DNA of 64,000 nucleotides. It comes from Eledone cirrhosa. Lineage: Eukaryota. The notes below the pieces were generated by a model. That model was not told where the DNA came from and ran no database searches. It saw nothing but the letters and a program-made list of their open reading frames with translations. The translations under genes were made by a program, and so were the position numbers. The first letter of the stretch is position 1. The number at the start of each line of letters is the position of its first letter. The stretch is taken from NCBI GenBank assembly GCA_964016885.1, contig OZ024742.1:35464001-35528000 (forward strand), written 5' to 3'. Positions 44,813 through 58,663 of this stretch are shown here, one piece after another.

Positions 44813-46258
44813 CTGTGTATTTGAAGTGTGAACACGTTCGTCCATCATAATTTGTGGTGCAGTGACATTGAAACCTGTTAGTTAACTGTATACATCGCCC
44901 TCCATGGGTACAAGGGTTCGGAGTGCAGCCTGTCTTCCTTATTTGACAATGCTTGCCGTAAAATCCGGAAGCACATTTACAAACATAATTTCCTAGCTGC
45001 TCTAAACAGCGGCCTCCGTTGAGACAAGGGCTTGAAAAACATTCGTTTCTGAGTTCACATAGCGTTCCTAAAATGCCTGCTGGACATACGCATTTTAGGT
45101 CACTTGTTATCTGATCGTAAACACACTTGCCGTTATTCTGACACGGTTGAGGATTGCATGGATCGAGAAGGTCAGAACAGGTTTTTCCTGTAAATCCTTG
45201 TTTGCATTCGCAGTAGAAGCTGGCTTTATAACTGACACATTCACCGCCATTTTTACAAGGTTCGTTTACGCATGGATACCGCTCATGTTGGCACTTCTTA
45301 CCCCAAAAATTGAACGGGCATTTGCAAGCATATCCGTTGATTCGGTCCATACAAGTTCCACCATTTTGGCAAGAGTTTACTGTGCAGTCGTTCAAATTGG
45401 TCGAACAGTTGTAATCGGTGAATCCTTTCTTACAATCACAGGAATAAGTACCATAGGCGTTCTCGCAACGACCTCCATTTTCACACGGGCTGTCCAGACA
45501 TTCGTCAATGTCGTGTTCACATAAACGCCCTTTCCATCCCGATGTACAGAGACAATGAAATGTATTGGCCACAGACTTGCATGTTGCTCCGTTGTGACAT
45601 TCATTTATTAGACAATGGTCAACGTAATTTTCACAGTACTGGCCTATACGGCCTTCTGGACAGAGGCATTTGAAGCTAGGGTTGCTGTCATGTGTATCGT
45701 CGTCATCGGTTGTGGTTTTGGTTGCGACACATGTCGCATCAGCAGCGCAAGGGTTTTTATCACATTCTATGCCGGTAACTACTTCACAATAAGGCCCCAT
45801 AACACCAGTGGGACATTTACACACAAACCCACCTTCTTTAAAAGGCAGGCAACTACCCCCATGCTGGCATTTTATCATGTCGCATGTCTGCCCGGGTATA
45901 ACTCCGTCAGTGCGGTTTTCACAAGATGGACCTGTGTATCCACCAAGACAAACACAGTGAAAGGTGTCTTCGTTGTCTGCAACACATTTGCCTCCATTCA
46001 AACATGATATTCCACGGCAATTATTGATCTGGGTTTCGCATATGGAACCCGTGTACCCATAAGGACATGTGCACATAAATCCGTTTATGAGGTTGCTACA
46101 GAACCCATTGTTTTTGCAAGGGTTCGATGCGCATTCATTAATATCAGATTCACATTTGACTCCGGAAAATCCTGGTCGACATAAACAGTTAAAATTGTTT
46201 CCCAGGTCCAAGCAGTTGCCTTCGTTTAAACATGGAGAAATTTCACATTGGTTTGATC
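44813..46258 (-). CDS. Exon of adhesion-GPCR-like gene: 12 tandem EGF-like repeats (several calcium-binding type)
   Basis: Acceptor tttctgtttcag|GA and donor ACAG|gtaaga; 1446 bp, phase 1 to 1, open throughout. Twelve six-Cys EGF modules, e.g. DINECASNPCKNNGFCSNLINGFMCTCPYGYTGSICE and DIDECLDSPCENGGRC. Confidence 0.96.
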
Positions 46259-46782
46259 CTGAAACAGAAATGTAACAATAAAAGAAAGTTTTCAAATGTT
46301 AATGAACAAAAAAAAAATTCATTGCTTTTAAAGTCGTCATTGTTGATTATAGTCACCGTTGTTGTTGTTGCTGTTGTTGTCGTCGTTGTTCAACTTCACT
46401 AAAAGAAATAAGTGTCTAACTATATATATGTGTATCTGTGTGTATGAGAGAAACGGATAGAAACAGAGAATGCGTGTTAATGTATGTGTTTACGCTTGTA
46501 TCTAAAAGAAAAAGAGAGATAGAGAATGGAGTGTATACCCGTGTGTATGAGATAGAGGGGGGAAGAAGGGTTTATATACACGTGTGTGTGTTAGAGAGAG
46601 GGAGGAGTTATGTATATGTGTGTGTGAGGAAAAGAAAAAGAGAGAGTAATAAGTGCATGTGCGCATGTATGTGAAAAAGGCATTGTGCGCATATACGAGA
46701 GGGAAAAGGCGTGTGTATGTGTGGGTTTTGAATGAATCCCTCCTCACGAAATATTGGCTCAGTTATTAAAGGTGATACATAC

Positions 46783-46933
46783 CGACGTGGGAAACATTGA
46801 GAGCAAATTTGATGATGCGAGTTGCTTCGCGTGGGTCGTAGGTTATCTGTAGGGCTGAACTCCCGGAGAACTTGAGACCAGAATGATTCTTACAGAGATA
46901 ATCAGTTCTGTCCTGACGAGGAAGGTCCGTGAT
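46783..46933 (-). CDS. Exon of adhesion-GPCR-like gene: CUB domain, C-terminal half (not in ORF track)
   Basis: Acceptor ttttgtttattgtcttag|ATC and donor GTCG|gtatgt; 151 bp, phase 0 to 1, matching both neighbouring exons. Translates ITDLPRQDRTDYLCKNHSGLKFSGSSALQITYDPREATRIIKFALNVSHV. Confidence 0.85.
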
Positions 46934-47227
46934 CTAAGACAATAAACAAAACACTAAAATATATAAACAATATTTCGGGTGTGAAAATTCACAGCAAAGT
47001 GGTTGGGGTGTTGGGTTTACGATCGTAGTGACGTGGCTTCAATTTCTGGATCAGGTGGCATGTTGTGTTCTTGTATAAAAGACTTCATTTTATGTTGCTC
47101 CACGCAATTATAAATTAGTAACAGCATCAGCTGGGGTCAATATTGTTATGGATTGGTACACAGTCCAGGGGCCTTCCATGTACTCTTTGTCTCCCCTCAC
47201 ACACTCTCTCTTTCTCTCTCTCTCTCA

Positions 47228-47279
<52 letters not shown>

Positions 47280-47562
47280 TGTACGTCAATACTCATCTTT
47301 TTCCATTTCTCCGAGGGTTCTTAACCCCACTATCAGGCTAAATAATTTCTTTAATTTCTTTAGTCAAAATACGGCGATAGCTAACATTTCTAATAATTTC
47401 AAATCCACTCGCTGTTTCGAAAATATTCTTACTTGATATATATATATATATATATATATATGAAAAATATGGGTGAGAAGAATACTGTTGGTTGCACATG
47501 GATAACATGTTATAAAACGAGTCCCTCATCAGTGATTTACCAAACGATCATGGGTATTTCAT

Positions 47563-47597
<35 letters not shown>

Positions 47598-47698
47598 GAA
47601 GTTAATATGCCCACGGGTACTAAGTACCCCTGGAAATATATAGGTTGTCTATGATACAGGGTTGTTCAATGGTATTAATTTGACATACCAGAACTATA

Positions 47699-48211
47699 AT
47701 ATTGAGATAAGCAGATCAAGCAAAATTCAAACAATTTTTAAAAATAAATTAAAAAATATAATTTAAATATTTACCCACTCAAGTTGCTTTTACCGATCGG
47801 TTTCACTTCACAAAACACTAGAAATCCAAGTGGACCTCCAGTGGAAAAGTCAAGATCATCAGAGAGCATTTTCCTTTCCTAGGACAAAAGTCCCAGGAAC
47901 GGCAAAATATATTGCCATCTACTAGCTAGCACAGGATCGAATGAGGCCAAAATTTGACCTGTACATGAACCAGTCCGTAGCAAAAGCGGAAGTAAACAAA
48001 GACGTGTTGTCTACTCACCACTAAAAATAGCAGCCAAATAGAACAACAGATTTGTTCTATTTTTTCCACTGGATGTCCACTTGGATTTCTAGTGTTTTGT
48101 GAAGTGAAACCGATCGGTAAAAGCAACTTGAGTGGGTAAATATTTAAATTATATCTTTTAATTTATTTTAAAAAATTGTTTGAATTTTGCTTGTTCTGCT
48201 TATCTCAATAT
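47699..48211. repeat. Inverted repeat with about 150-bp arms and a 210-bp spacer
   Basis: 47699-47848 versus 48062-48211; the left arm overlaps the minus-strand hammerhead. Confidence 0.9.
47785..47868 (-). ncRNA. Type I hammerhead ribozyme motif with palindromic stem III
   Basis: Minus strand TGCTCT-CTGATGA-long stem II-GAAACCGATCGGTA-AAAGCA. ACCGATCGGT is self-complementary, as in PLE minimal hammerheads; stem I has one mismatch. Confidence 0.7.
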
Positions 48212-48324
48212 ATATATATAGAGAGAGAGAGAGAGAGTAAGAGAGAGAGAAAGAGAGAGAAAGAGAGAGAGTGTGAGGGGAGAGAGAAAGCAAAGTTTCA
48301 CACACAAAAAAAAGAATTATATGC

Positions 48325-48512
48325 GTGGGATTGGCAGTATCGTTAGAGGCTCGGACACCATGCTTTGCAACATAGAGTTACGGCCCTTTACGGTTTCAGT
48401 TCAAACTCCGCCGAGGTTAACTTTGCCTTTCATCGCTACGGGGTCGATAAACTAAAGTACCAGTAATGCACGGGTATAATTGCTGACTTTGTGCCAAAAG
48501 TAGAAACAATTA
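48325..48512 (+). mobile_element. SINE family A copy
   Basis: A and B boxes and tail. Confidence 0.8.
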
Positions 48513-48981
48513 TATATACATATAAACACATTTACATACATACAGACACACACACACATAAACACACACACACACACACAGACCCAGATATATGACATAT
48601 TGGATGTCTGAATATTTTTATCTCTCTTCAACTATATCTTTCCATCATAATCTAATTATATACACACCGTAATTATTTTTCCGCATCAACTTCAAATTAA
48701 TTCCTCTTTTCCTTCTCCGATACCAATAATCCCACAGTTTATCAACGTTGTTATTATATATATATACACGTGTGTGTGTGTATGCGTGTGTGTGTGCGCA
48801 TGTGTGTGTGTATGTGTGTGTGCGTGTGTGTGTGTGCGCATGTGTGCGCGTGTGTGTGTGTTTGTGTCTAGAATCCGAGATTAACATTTTCTAAATCTAT
48901 CCAATCGGAAATGAGTGGCTTGAATGAATGAGTTGAGATCGGCTTGATACATATGTATATATATGTATATTTATATACATG

Positions 48982-49041
<60 letters not shown>

Positions 49042-49089
49042 AATATATATATATAATACATATTCACACACAATATATATACATATATA

Positions 49090-49616
49090 CTTCCAACTGT
49101 GGACACCCCATAGTGTTAACCTAACCACGGAGCTTGAGGTAATCCACGATGAAGGAGATGAGCTAATAGGGGAGGCTAAAAGAACTGAGCCTCTACTCCT
49201 TGAAACGAAGAAGGGAGAGATAAGCAGTGATATATATATGGAAAATCCTGGAGGGACCTGCACCAAACTTTGGCATTGAGAGCTGGACCAACCCGGAACA
49301 GGACGTCACTGTGTGGTGCCAAAGATCCCGTCTTTCACATCAAGAATAAAGAGCAGATATTGCAATAACCTGGGATGGGTTCAAAGGTCCTCAACTCTTC
49401 AACAAGTTGCCAAGAAATTTGAGAGATCTGCATGCTGTGGGCGGGGATGTTTTCAAGCCCACAGCACGGAATCAAGGTAACCCAAGGGCAGCAGCAACGA
49501 AACCCATCTTACAGTAATGGCCAGCCAACACAGGCTGGAGATATAACATGTAGCAACAAGGGCGGTGCCCCAGAATTGCCTCAGCCGGATGGCTGGAACA
49601 GGTAAACGAGTAAAAG
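49090..49616 (+). mobile_element. CR1/L2-like LINE 3' fragment
   Basis: Remnants LYSLKRRRE..VIYIWKILEG and FKGPQLFNKLPRNLRDL. Confidence 0.65.
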
Positions 49617-49838
49617 AGTATCTATATCTATATCTATATCTCTCTCTCTATATATATATAGTCTATTATATACACTCTGTGTATATAATGGACTATATGC
49701 ATAGAGTGCTTCATTTCGTAATTCACTCTACTATCGTCGTTCTTAAACAACAAAGAAAAAAATTGTTATATGCATACAGCGTTTAAAACCCTTTTTTAAA
49801 TAAAGTAAAAATCAACACAAAATCCTACACTAGTACCA

Positions 49839-49941
<103 letters not shown>

Positions 49942-49978
49942 GTGTGTGTGTATGTATATATATATATATATATATATA

Positions 49979-50064
<86 letters not shown>

Positions 50065-50489
50065 CAGTAAGTATAGCCTACAGCGCTACCTAGTGAACTG
50101 GAAAGGAACAGTGGCTGCTGTCTGATGTAGGAAGAATGATAACGACTGAATGAACGGCGGAAATGGGCGCTTGAGCGAACGTAAATGATATTTAATATAT
50201 ATCAGTAAAAAGAAAAATGGAATCTTTAGATATAACGCTTTAGTAAATAAATACTGGCTGTGAAATGTATATACATTTACAGAGATGCTACCTGATATAA
50301 AGCCAACGAGTGGGCTCCATCAAACCTTTCTGTTATCATTGGGTTATCATGACATTTCTGCACAGCAAATTGGCTGAGTCTTTCGATATTTTGCTGCCTG
50401 GATCGTTACGCTGTGAGTTCAAATCTCTTTGAGATTAATTTTGACTCTCCAAGGCTGTTTTAGCAGGATTATTAAAGTGTCTCTTGCCA

Positions 50490-50732
50490 TTCTGAGTTCA
50501 AATCCCGCCGAGGTTAACTTTGCCTTTCATCCTTACGGGGTCGATAAAATAAAGTACCAGTAATACACTGGATAAATGCTGGCCTTGTGCCTAACGTAGA
50601 AACAATTATTAAAGTGTCTGACAAATCCCGCCGAGGTTAACTTTGCCTTTCAACCTTACGGGGTGATAAAATAAAGTACCAGTAATGCACTGAGTAATTG
50701 CTGGCCTTGTGCCAAAAGTAGAAACAATTATT
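50490..50732 (+). mobile_element. Two tandem 5'-truncated SINE family A copies
   Basis: B box to tail repeated twice, each followed by ATTAAAGTGTCTGACA. Confidence 0.8.
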
Positions 50733-51185
50733 AAAGTGTCTGACAGGTTGCTTTGCGATATTTAATCCGGCCCTCTGAGCTCAAATCCGTCTTCTACGAA
50801 GAGTTGCAACAGACACATAGTATCAGCAACGGAATGGAAGACAAATGAAAACTGAAGTTCAATGTTTAAACCTGAAGACATATAATATATTCATGAACTT
50901 TATATATGATTCAATGCGTTTTTTTACCGTCTTTATGTTGTTGTTTTTTTCTGACAGACGAAGGAGAGAGGATATAAACTATCTGTAGAGTCGCTGACAC
51001 ACACGCATGGAATACATACGTACCGATACACACTCACAGATACACGCACACACATTCTTTCTCATACCACACACATACAAACATAATCTCTATGTCTATT
51101 TTATTTCATCTTCTCTTTCAAAAACTCTGTCTTTTCTTTCTCTGTATCTCTTTCTATTTCTCTCTGTTTCTCTTTCTGTCTCCTC

Positions 51186-51344
<159 letters not shown>

Positions 51345-51354
51345 TATACATACA

Positions 51355-52115
51355 CCTTATCTCAACACCACCAGAGCTGAACCCTCCGCACTCAGCGAGT
51401 TCCGTTACCGGGATAACATTAATATCAAACTAGCTGATAAAAGCGGCGTGGTGGTCGCCAGGCAGACCAGCCTCTATAGAGAGGAAGCTTTTCGCCAACT
51501 CTTCGTTTTACTTATCCCTATCATCTGATCTCATCATCACCTACTAACGTCATGTATTTAGCATTATACACGAACGCCTTGCTTCCTTTTTACCCTCTAC
51601 TGTCATCAACAGTTATGTACGTTTCTCCACTTCCCACGATCGATTTCCTCCCCCACATATAAAACTAAAACTCCCAGCCGTCATTTCATTTTCGCATCAT
51701 TCATTTCTAAATACCCTGATAGAATTATTTCACCCTTAGACATTACACTTCCCTCCCATATCCATGACACTCGCTCTCCGATTCTTTTACTCTTTTTCAT
51801 TACATTCAAGCTCTTCATTACTTCTCTTTGTTTTAGAAAATAAATCCTTATACACGTTTACTCCTCATGGAGATTGTCTCAGCACTCTCAAGTAATTATC
51901 TTGATAGGAGAACTGCTCTCGAGTCCACCGCCTCTTCGCCTTGTTGATCTTGTAGTCAAAATTAATTGGTTCTTCTTTCACGGTGAATTTTATCATCATG
52001 TTATCGGGGTTTCTATGGGTACTAAGATGGGGTCTAAATATTCCAACTTATTTCTTTACTATGTTGAGGTTCAAATCTTTGTCCAGCTCACTGGTCCATT
52101 CCCAAAACTTTAAGG
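51355..52115 (+). pseudogene. Degenerate Penelope-like RT fragment
   Basis: Frameshifted pieces [12 protein letters not shown] (DKG motif) and LRLVDLVVKINWFFFHGEFYHHVIGVSMGTKMGSKYSNLF (RT motif B', G-x-x-MG). Confidence 0.75.
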
Positions 52116-53092
52116 GGATAGATACATCGATCATTGCACCGATGTCCACCTTGACTGCATATATCACACATACATATATCATCATCATCATCATCCGGCG
52201 GCCTCAGCCGAAATCGATTAAACAATTGATCTCCACGTGGATCTGTCGTTCATTGCCGTTGCCAAGTCCTGGATTTCAATACCAGAATCTCTGGAGACGA
52301 CATCAGGATAGGAGAGCTTGTGCCCCCTGTTATTAGTGACTGCTTGTGGTTTCCAAATCCCAAACATACTTACTAACTCTAAACATCTTCATAAAACTAA
52401 ATAGACACATTTCTAGAAAGAGAAACCCATACTATCAATTTATGTTACTATCTAGTTCACCATTACCACCACCATGTGTGCAAACTTCAATATACGCAGA
52501 TAACCTCCTATCCCCTCCTCTCTTCTCCTTATCACGATCCTTCTCTTTCTCACTTCTGCCTATCTTTCTCCGCATGAGTTTATATCACTAACCAGTTCGC
52601 CACTCCTATTTACCCCTTCTTTCTACGTGTATTGCCATCATGTTTTTGTCAACTTTCTATCCTAACGGTCAAACCATTCCCATTCTACTTGATGTAACCA
52701 TTTAAACCACATTTTCTCTCCAACTTGGTATCGTTTCCTATAACTTCTTGTTTTTTTCTTTTCTTATTCTACTTTAACAAAGAGTTTAACCTGAAGGGTC
52801 ATATCCTTCCTTCTCTGTCTATTCACCGTAAATATTTTTAATACATTGTTCGTATGTACATGTATTTTATACATGTCATCATTGTTTCTTTTCTTTTCAC
52901 TTCTTGTCTACTTTGTTTGCTCCCTTGTCGTTTTGAGCCGTCTTTACACACACACACACACACACAAACAAACACACACACATATATATATACCAATAAG
53001 TGTGTGGGTAATTTTAACGGCTTGATTTATTCGCTGGGCAGAGGGTGATATATCTACATCTATACGGACTTATGTCTAGTAGATTTGGAAAA

Positions 53093-53172
53093 GCTATCTG
53101 AAGAGCTATATCTTTCCATTGGAAATTCTCTGAATTTCCAATCTTTTGATAAGCGAAACCGTCGGTCATGGC
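53093..53172 (+). ncRNA. Type I hammerhead ribozyme motif
   Basis: GCTAT-CTGAAGA-GCT...(ATTGGAAATTC/GAATTTCCAAT)...AGC-GAAA-CC GTC G-GTC-ATGGC; GUC triplet. Confidence 0.78.
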
Positions 53173-53242
53173 ACTAGAAGAGGTAAATATTTAAATCGTA
53201 TTTTAATTTATTTAAAAGATTGTTTAATGTTTACTTGTTCCG

Positions 53243-53304
<62 letters not shown>

Positions 53305-53477
53305 AAAATGTTCAAGACCCCGACGGCAGAGCTCAAGCCGTTTCGACGGCTATTTCTGGACTGTATATATATACAGTATATATATATATATATATATATA
53401 TCGTATTTAAAATACTGGAGAGAACAACAAAGATGTATGTCTATTCTTACTGAGCAATATTTGAAACAACTTGTCAG

Positions 53478-53655
53478 CCATTATCGGTAGAGGGTCTGAC
53501 GCCATGCTTTGCAGCATAGAGTTACGGCCCTTTATGGTCTGAGTTCAAATCCCACCGAGGTTAACTTTGCCTTTCATCCTTACGGGGTCAATAATATAAA
53601 GTATCAGTAATACACTGGGATAATTGCTGGCCTTGTGCTAAAAGTAGAAACAATT
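53478..53655 (+). mobile_element. SINE family A copy
   Basis: Matches the consensus. Confidence 0.82.
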
Positions 53656-54146
53656 ATATCTTAAGGCGGCTAATTTGCAGGATCATTAGGACGGTGGCTA
53701 CAATATGTTGCGGTATTCGTTGCAGCTCTCTGCACTCGAAATGAAAAGAAAAGATGCAGCTCATTAGATCGAATCATTGCTCTTTCTATTGCTGACATTG
53801 TCTGTCGGTTACTTCTGGCAGAAGGTGGGGGTTGGGGTGGAGTTGGACTCAGTATAAAGTACCAGTAATACACTGAGGTAATTGTTGGCCTTGTGCCAAA
53901 AATAGAAACAATTAAATATATACATATATTCATAAAATCTTTGTTGTTCTCTCCAGCATTTTAAATATGAATTTTTGCTCTGCATATTATACGATTGTTA
54001 AGCTATCTTTCTTTCCATCTAATCGCATGGCTCGCTAGTCTAGCGACCTATATGCATTGAGCACACTAAGCTTCTCTATACGGCTAGTAATCTGCATAAC
54101 TAATCGCTTTTCTCTCCTCCTGATTAGCTTATTCGCATTTTACCTT

Positions 54147-54204
<58 letters not shown>

Positions 54205-54371
54205 ACACACACACACACACACACACACATACTAAGGGATTCAATTCTTTAGAACAGAAAATACATATTTATTTCGTATATAAATTACATTCCTGATGAT
54301 TTGAAACGAATGAAACAGTTCTAGTCCAGTAGAAGTCACTTCTATACGATATATATAAATATATTCTATTC

Positions 54372-54556
54372 GGTGGGCTGGCAGTGTCGGTAGAGTCGGA
54401 CACCATGCTTTGAAACACAGAGTTACATCCCTTTACGGCCTGAGTTCAAGTCCCGCCGAGTTTGATTTTGCCTTTCATCCTTACGGGGTCGATAAAATAA
54501 AGTACCAGTAATGTACTGGGTAATTTGCTGCCCTTGTGCCAAAAGTAGAAACAATT
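54372..54556 (+). mobile_element. SINE family A copy
   Basis: Matches the consensus. Confidence 0.8.
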
Positions 54557-54741
54557 ATATTATTAACCAATTCATTATTTTGTCCCTTCGTCGTCACTCT
54601 TCTTGCTTTATAAATTGCAGCCATGTAGAAGAAGGAAACTAGCACACATGTTTATACGTGTGTGTTTGACAGGCAATGTCTATAAAATTATTTCACTCAT
54701 ACACATATATTTATACAAATGTATATGTCTCCATCTACCTA

Positions 54742-54809
<68 letters not shown>

Positions 54810-54843
54810 TCTATCTATCTATATATTTAACAATTTCTTTCTT

Positions 54844-54914
<71 letters not shown>

Positions 54915-55499
54915 CAGAAATAGAGAGGGGGGGGGAGAACGAAAGATAGGGACAGTGAGAGAGAGAGAGAGAGAGAGAAAGGGATGGGGAGAATGAGGGT
55001 AAAGAGGGAGACAGAGAAGTGACAGAAAGGCTGCGAGGTGTGGGGAGATGGAAAGATTGAGGGCCATTTAGTGGTGTGTAGGGTATATTATGTAGGGTAA
55101 AACATAACTGAAATACCAGAAAATGAAGAATAAAGGTACTATTGTTTGCGTGGGTGGCGTCCTTCAGTAGGTTACGTGGAGGAGGAGGAGGTTGAAGTAG
55201 AAGAAAAAGAAGTGTTTGAATAAGAGGAGGAGGTGGGTAAAGTGACAGACTAGAATAATAGAGGATCTAGTGAATGTATGAAATATTTAGCTGCTATTTT
55301 TAGCATGTATAGTGATCACATAGATGTTCACCTGTTTTGAGATGGAATTCAGTAATTTGTGGTAGATTTGACTGCTTTTTCTAACATTTGTAACAATCGC
55401 ATAGAGATTCGTTAGTTCTCAGAAGAAACTCGGTGACTTGAAGGAGTGAAGTAATGAGGTTTAGTACTTAAGAGTGTTCACGTTCATAAGATTATCAGT

Positions 55500-56006
55500 T
55501 TAAATTCCGATGATGCGTTGTTCACTCTCAAAATAAAGATGAGATTCTACAACAGAAACGTGCTGTCCACACTCTTGTACGGAAGTGAAACATGGCACCT
55601 TAAGACCAGCCAAGAGAAGAAGTTGGACGCATTCGATTCCAGATGTCTGCACAAGATCTTGGGGATTAAATGGAGTGACCATGTAACAAACCAGGAAGTC
55701 AGGAACCGCACCAAACCAGCAGCTAGTCTCTTCTACCATCTGCAAGCGACGCCTGGGCTGGTTTGGGCACGCTTTGAGACTTCCTCCGGAGAGACTGGTG
55801 AACCAAGTACTTAAATGGAGCCCGCAGAGAAGCAGACGGAGAGGGCGACCCAAAATGAACTGGTGCCAGACAGTTGAGAGGGACCTGCGAGCGACAAACA
55901 GACAATGGCGGGACGCTGTGCAACTGGCTGCTGACCGAACGCGATGGAACACTATGATTGCCTCATGCGTCGCAAGACGCGGGAGCTTCTGAGTCTGAGT
56001 CTGAGT
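55500..56006 (+). mobile_element. RTE-like LINE 3' fragment
   Basis: VLSTLLYGSETW...LDAFDSRCLHKILGIKWSDHVTNQEV, RRRGRPKMNW; ends in a (CTGAGT)3 tandem tail. Confidence 0.85.
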
Positions 56007-56550
56007 TGTGTCCTTGAACAAAACAGTTCATTTCCCGTTGCTCCAGTCCAAACAGCTGACAAAAATGAATTGTACCTGTGATTCAAAATGCCAGATTTGT
56101 CACACTTTGTGTCACGCTGAATCTCCCCGAGAACTACGTAAAAGGTACCCAGGTGTTTGTGGAATGTTTAGACACATACACGTTAATTACATGAGCAGGT
56201 TGTTCTGTTATTCGAACGAGTGAAACACTCGTCGTCGGAGCTGACGAAGGTCCAATATACAGAAATATGAATGTTTCATTTTTTTTCTTATTTGCCTGAA
56301 AACGGTATCCTTGATTCTTCTTGGTTTCCGTTCCGTGTTGTAATTATGGACACATCTGACTGACCTTGGGGCGTTTCCAGCAGAATATCAGATTATGTTC
56401 TAAAAGAGGTTGCTAATTCCCTTGCTTAACCCGTCTCCATCGCTGGAGAAGAGAATACTGTGTGTGGTCCTCTTATGACTTTCTTCATGGCACAACATAA
56501 CCAATTCCGATATAGATAGATGGATATATATAGATATAGAAGGAGAGATA

Positions 56551-56637
<87 letters not shown>

Positions 56638-57818
56638 GTGAGTGAGTGAGAGAGAGAAAAGGCAAAAGATAGACGAGGGTGAGGGGATGAAAGAGATAGA
56701 AAAAGAGAGAGGGAAAGGGAGTGAGTGAGAAGCAAACATGGAAAGAGAAGCATCGAACCATTTATCTACTCCAGAATGATGTAAAGCAAATTGGATCGCG
56801 ATGGTATTTAAACTGAGTTCGACGAAACAATGCAACAGACAAACGCTGGTGTTTATTTAATTGACTTTCCACTCCCGGTCCTCCTCTCCCTTCCACAGAA
56901 TTGCTGGCCCTGTGCCTAAATTAAAACTTTTATCAGCTGTCCAAATGTAGAAGGTTCCCTCGTTGACATGATAATTACTTACTTATGGGAGATATTATGT
57001 AAATACAGTTTAATAGAAAAAGAAGAAAAGAACATTTAGATTGAGAAGAATGGAATGTGAAATAGGAAAATATAGAGAAAAAGAGAGAAAAACGGAAAAG
57101 GGAGGGAATGGACTTTAGTGTCAGAGAAGAATGTGGAGGGGAGGATAATTGGGTTCTGGGCCTAGGGCGCGGTGGTAAAGGGCCTGCACCCCATGGACAA
57201 GACGGCAAAAGCATTCCCGCGAAAAATGGCCAGTAACACTCGCTGTAACAGCCACCCACCTCACGGGGCTCCTTCTTCAGACGGGTCGTCGACGTTCCGA
57301 TCTTGCGGAGGAGTTCGAGGAAGAGAAAAAAGAGGAGGAGGAAGAGGAGTATGAGGAGAAGTAGGAAGCGGAGTAGGAGGAGGAAGAGGAAGAGTGGCCC
57401 CTGCTAAAGTCCTTTGGCCGCATTCCCATACATGTGACATCAATGCAGATGATATTTGTCTGGAGGAATACATATCATCTATGGGTGAGCGTATTTCAGA
57501 GGTTTGCAGGTTTGGGATGATTTGGCAGAAAACGTTTCTAGCAAGATTTTGTAGTGGGTAGTGTTTGGTGTGGTCGGAGGTGGGGATAAGGTGTGAAGTC
57601 ACAGTAAGGATGACGAGAAGGCGAATGACAAGTGGAAATGTCATGCAACTGGGTTAGTTCAAAGGGACATAGACAGTTTGGTAGCGTTAAATCCAGGAAT
57701 ATATTAACATGATAATTGGGTAAATGCTTTTCACCAGTGATGTGCAGTATCTATGACAATAACAACAATAGCAACAACACATAGAAAGGATTATACAATG
57801 TGTAAAGAGTGAACTAAC

Positions 57819-58000
57819 CTTTAAGCCAGAATTTTTACAAATCCGAAAGTGATGCTTTATCGACAATACCTCCACCGCCGGCCTGATGTCTTTCCTACCT
57901 TTCAACGTCCATTTGCATACGACACCAGGGGGCGGTAAATCAGGGTAGCCGGGACTTTCAATGAGGGCTTTTAGTTCTGTGATTGTGTTCTCACAGATAC
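57819..58000 (-). CDS. Exon of adhesion-GPCR-like gene: CUB domain, N-terminal half
   Basis: Acceptor tttctctgactccacag|GT and donor AAG|gttagt; 182 bp, phase 1 to 0. Translates GICENTITELKALIESPGYPDLPPPGVVCKWTLKG...CKNSGLK, with the CUB signature I-x-SPGYP...C-x-W. Confidence 0.88.
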
Positions 58001-58663
58001 CTGTGGAGTCAGAGAAACAAGATTGAGTTGAAGTGTTTTGCACTCTGAAATTAAACGTCGGTAACGTGACTGGAGTATACTAGAGATAACAAACAAATGT
58101 GTGATTCTTCTATATATTGTATTATATTTTGAGTTCTTTTATAAGCCTATTGGTATATTTCCTGGTGATACTGTATATACTTATACATGTGACTAACTCA
58201 TGCATAAAGCGACCACTGATTAATATAAAACGTTGATTTTTTTTCTCATACCGTATGTCTAATGCGACTAATTTTTTGGCTATACTGGTAGGCCATTCAT
58301 GGTGGGACATTTCAGTAGTAGCTAAAATTTTAGGCGTATTTTTCAGTAAATAAATAGTCAACTGATGTTCACCTGTAGTATACATTTTCTCTAGTTTCCA
58401 TATTACTTTATTCTTTCTACATGGCCACCCCCAAAAATATCGAGAAAAATGACTTAAAACAGCCATTAAAATGAAGAATTGCAGATACATTTGGTTTTGT
58501 CATTCCTGACTACATTGTTCATGACATTATTGCTGGCTATCGGCAACCATATCGGTATGTTACTTATATCATAGCGCTATTGTAAGCTATCGACAACCAT
58601 ACCAGTAATCTTCCTTGTCCATGATCTGCTTCCTACATAGCTTAGTTTTTATTTTATTTTTCT

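Noticed and set aside
44781-46295. Notch/Delta/fibropellin call, or a stand-alone 504-aa gene
   Set aside because: The ORF ends are intronic, with splice sites at 46258 and 44813. No DSL, LNR, ankyrin or avidin region is seen, and the HRM exon points to an adhesion GPCR.
58122-58490. Possible signal-peptide first exon (MYLQFFILMAVLSHF...)
   Set aside because: Only a weak phase-1 donor (CAG|GTGAAC) and atypical downstream sequence; cannot be supported without transcripts.
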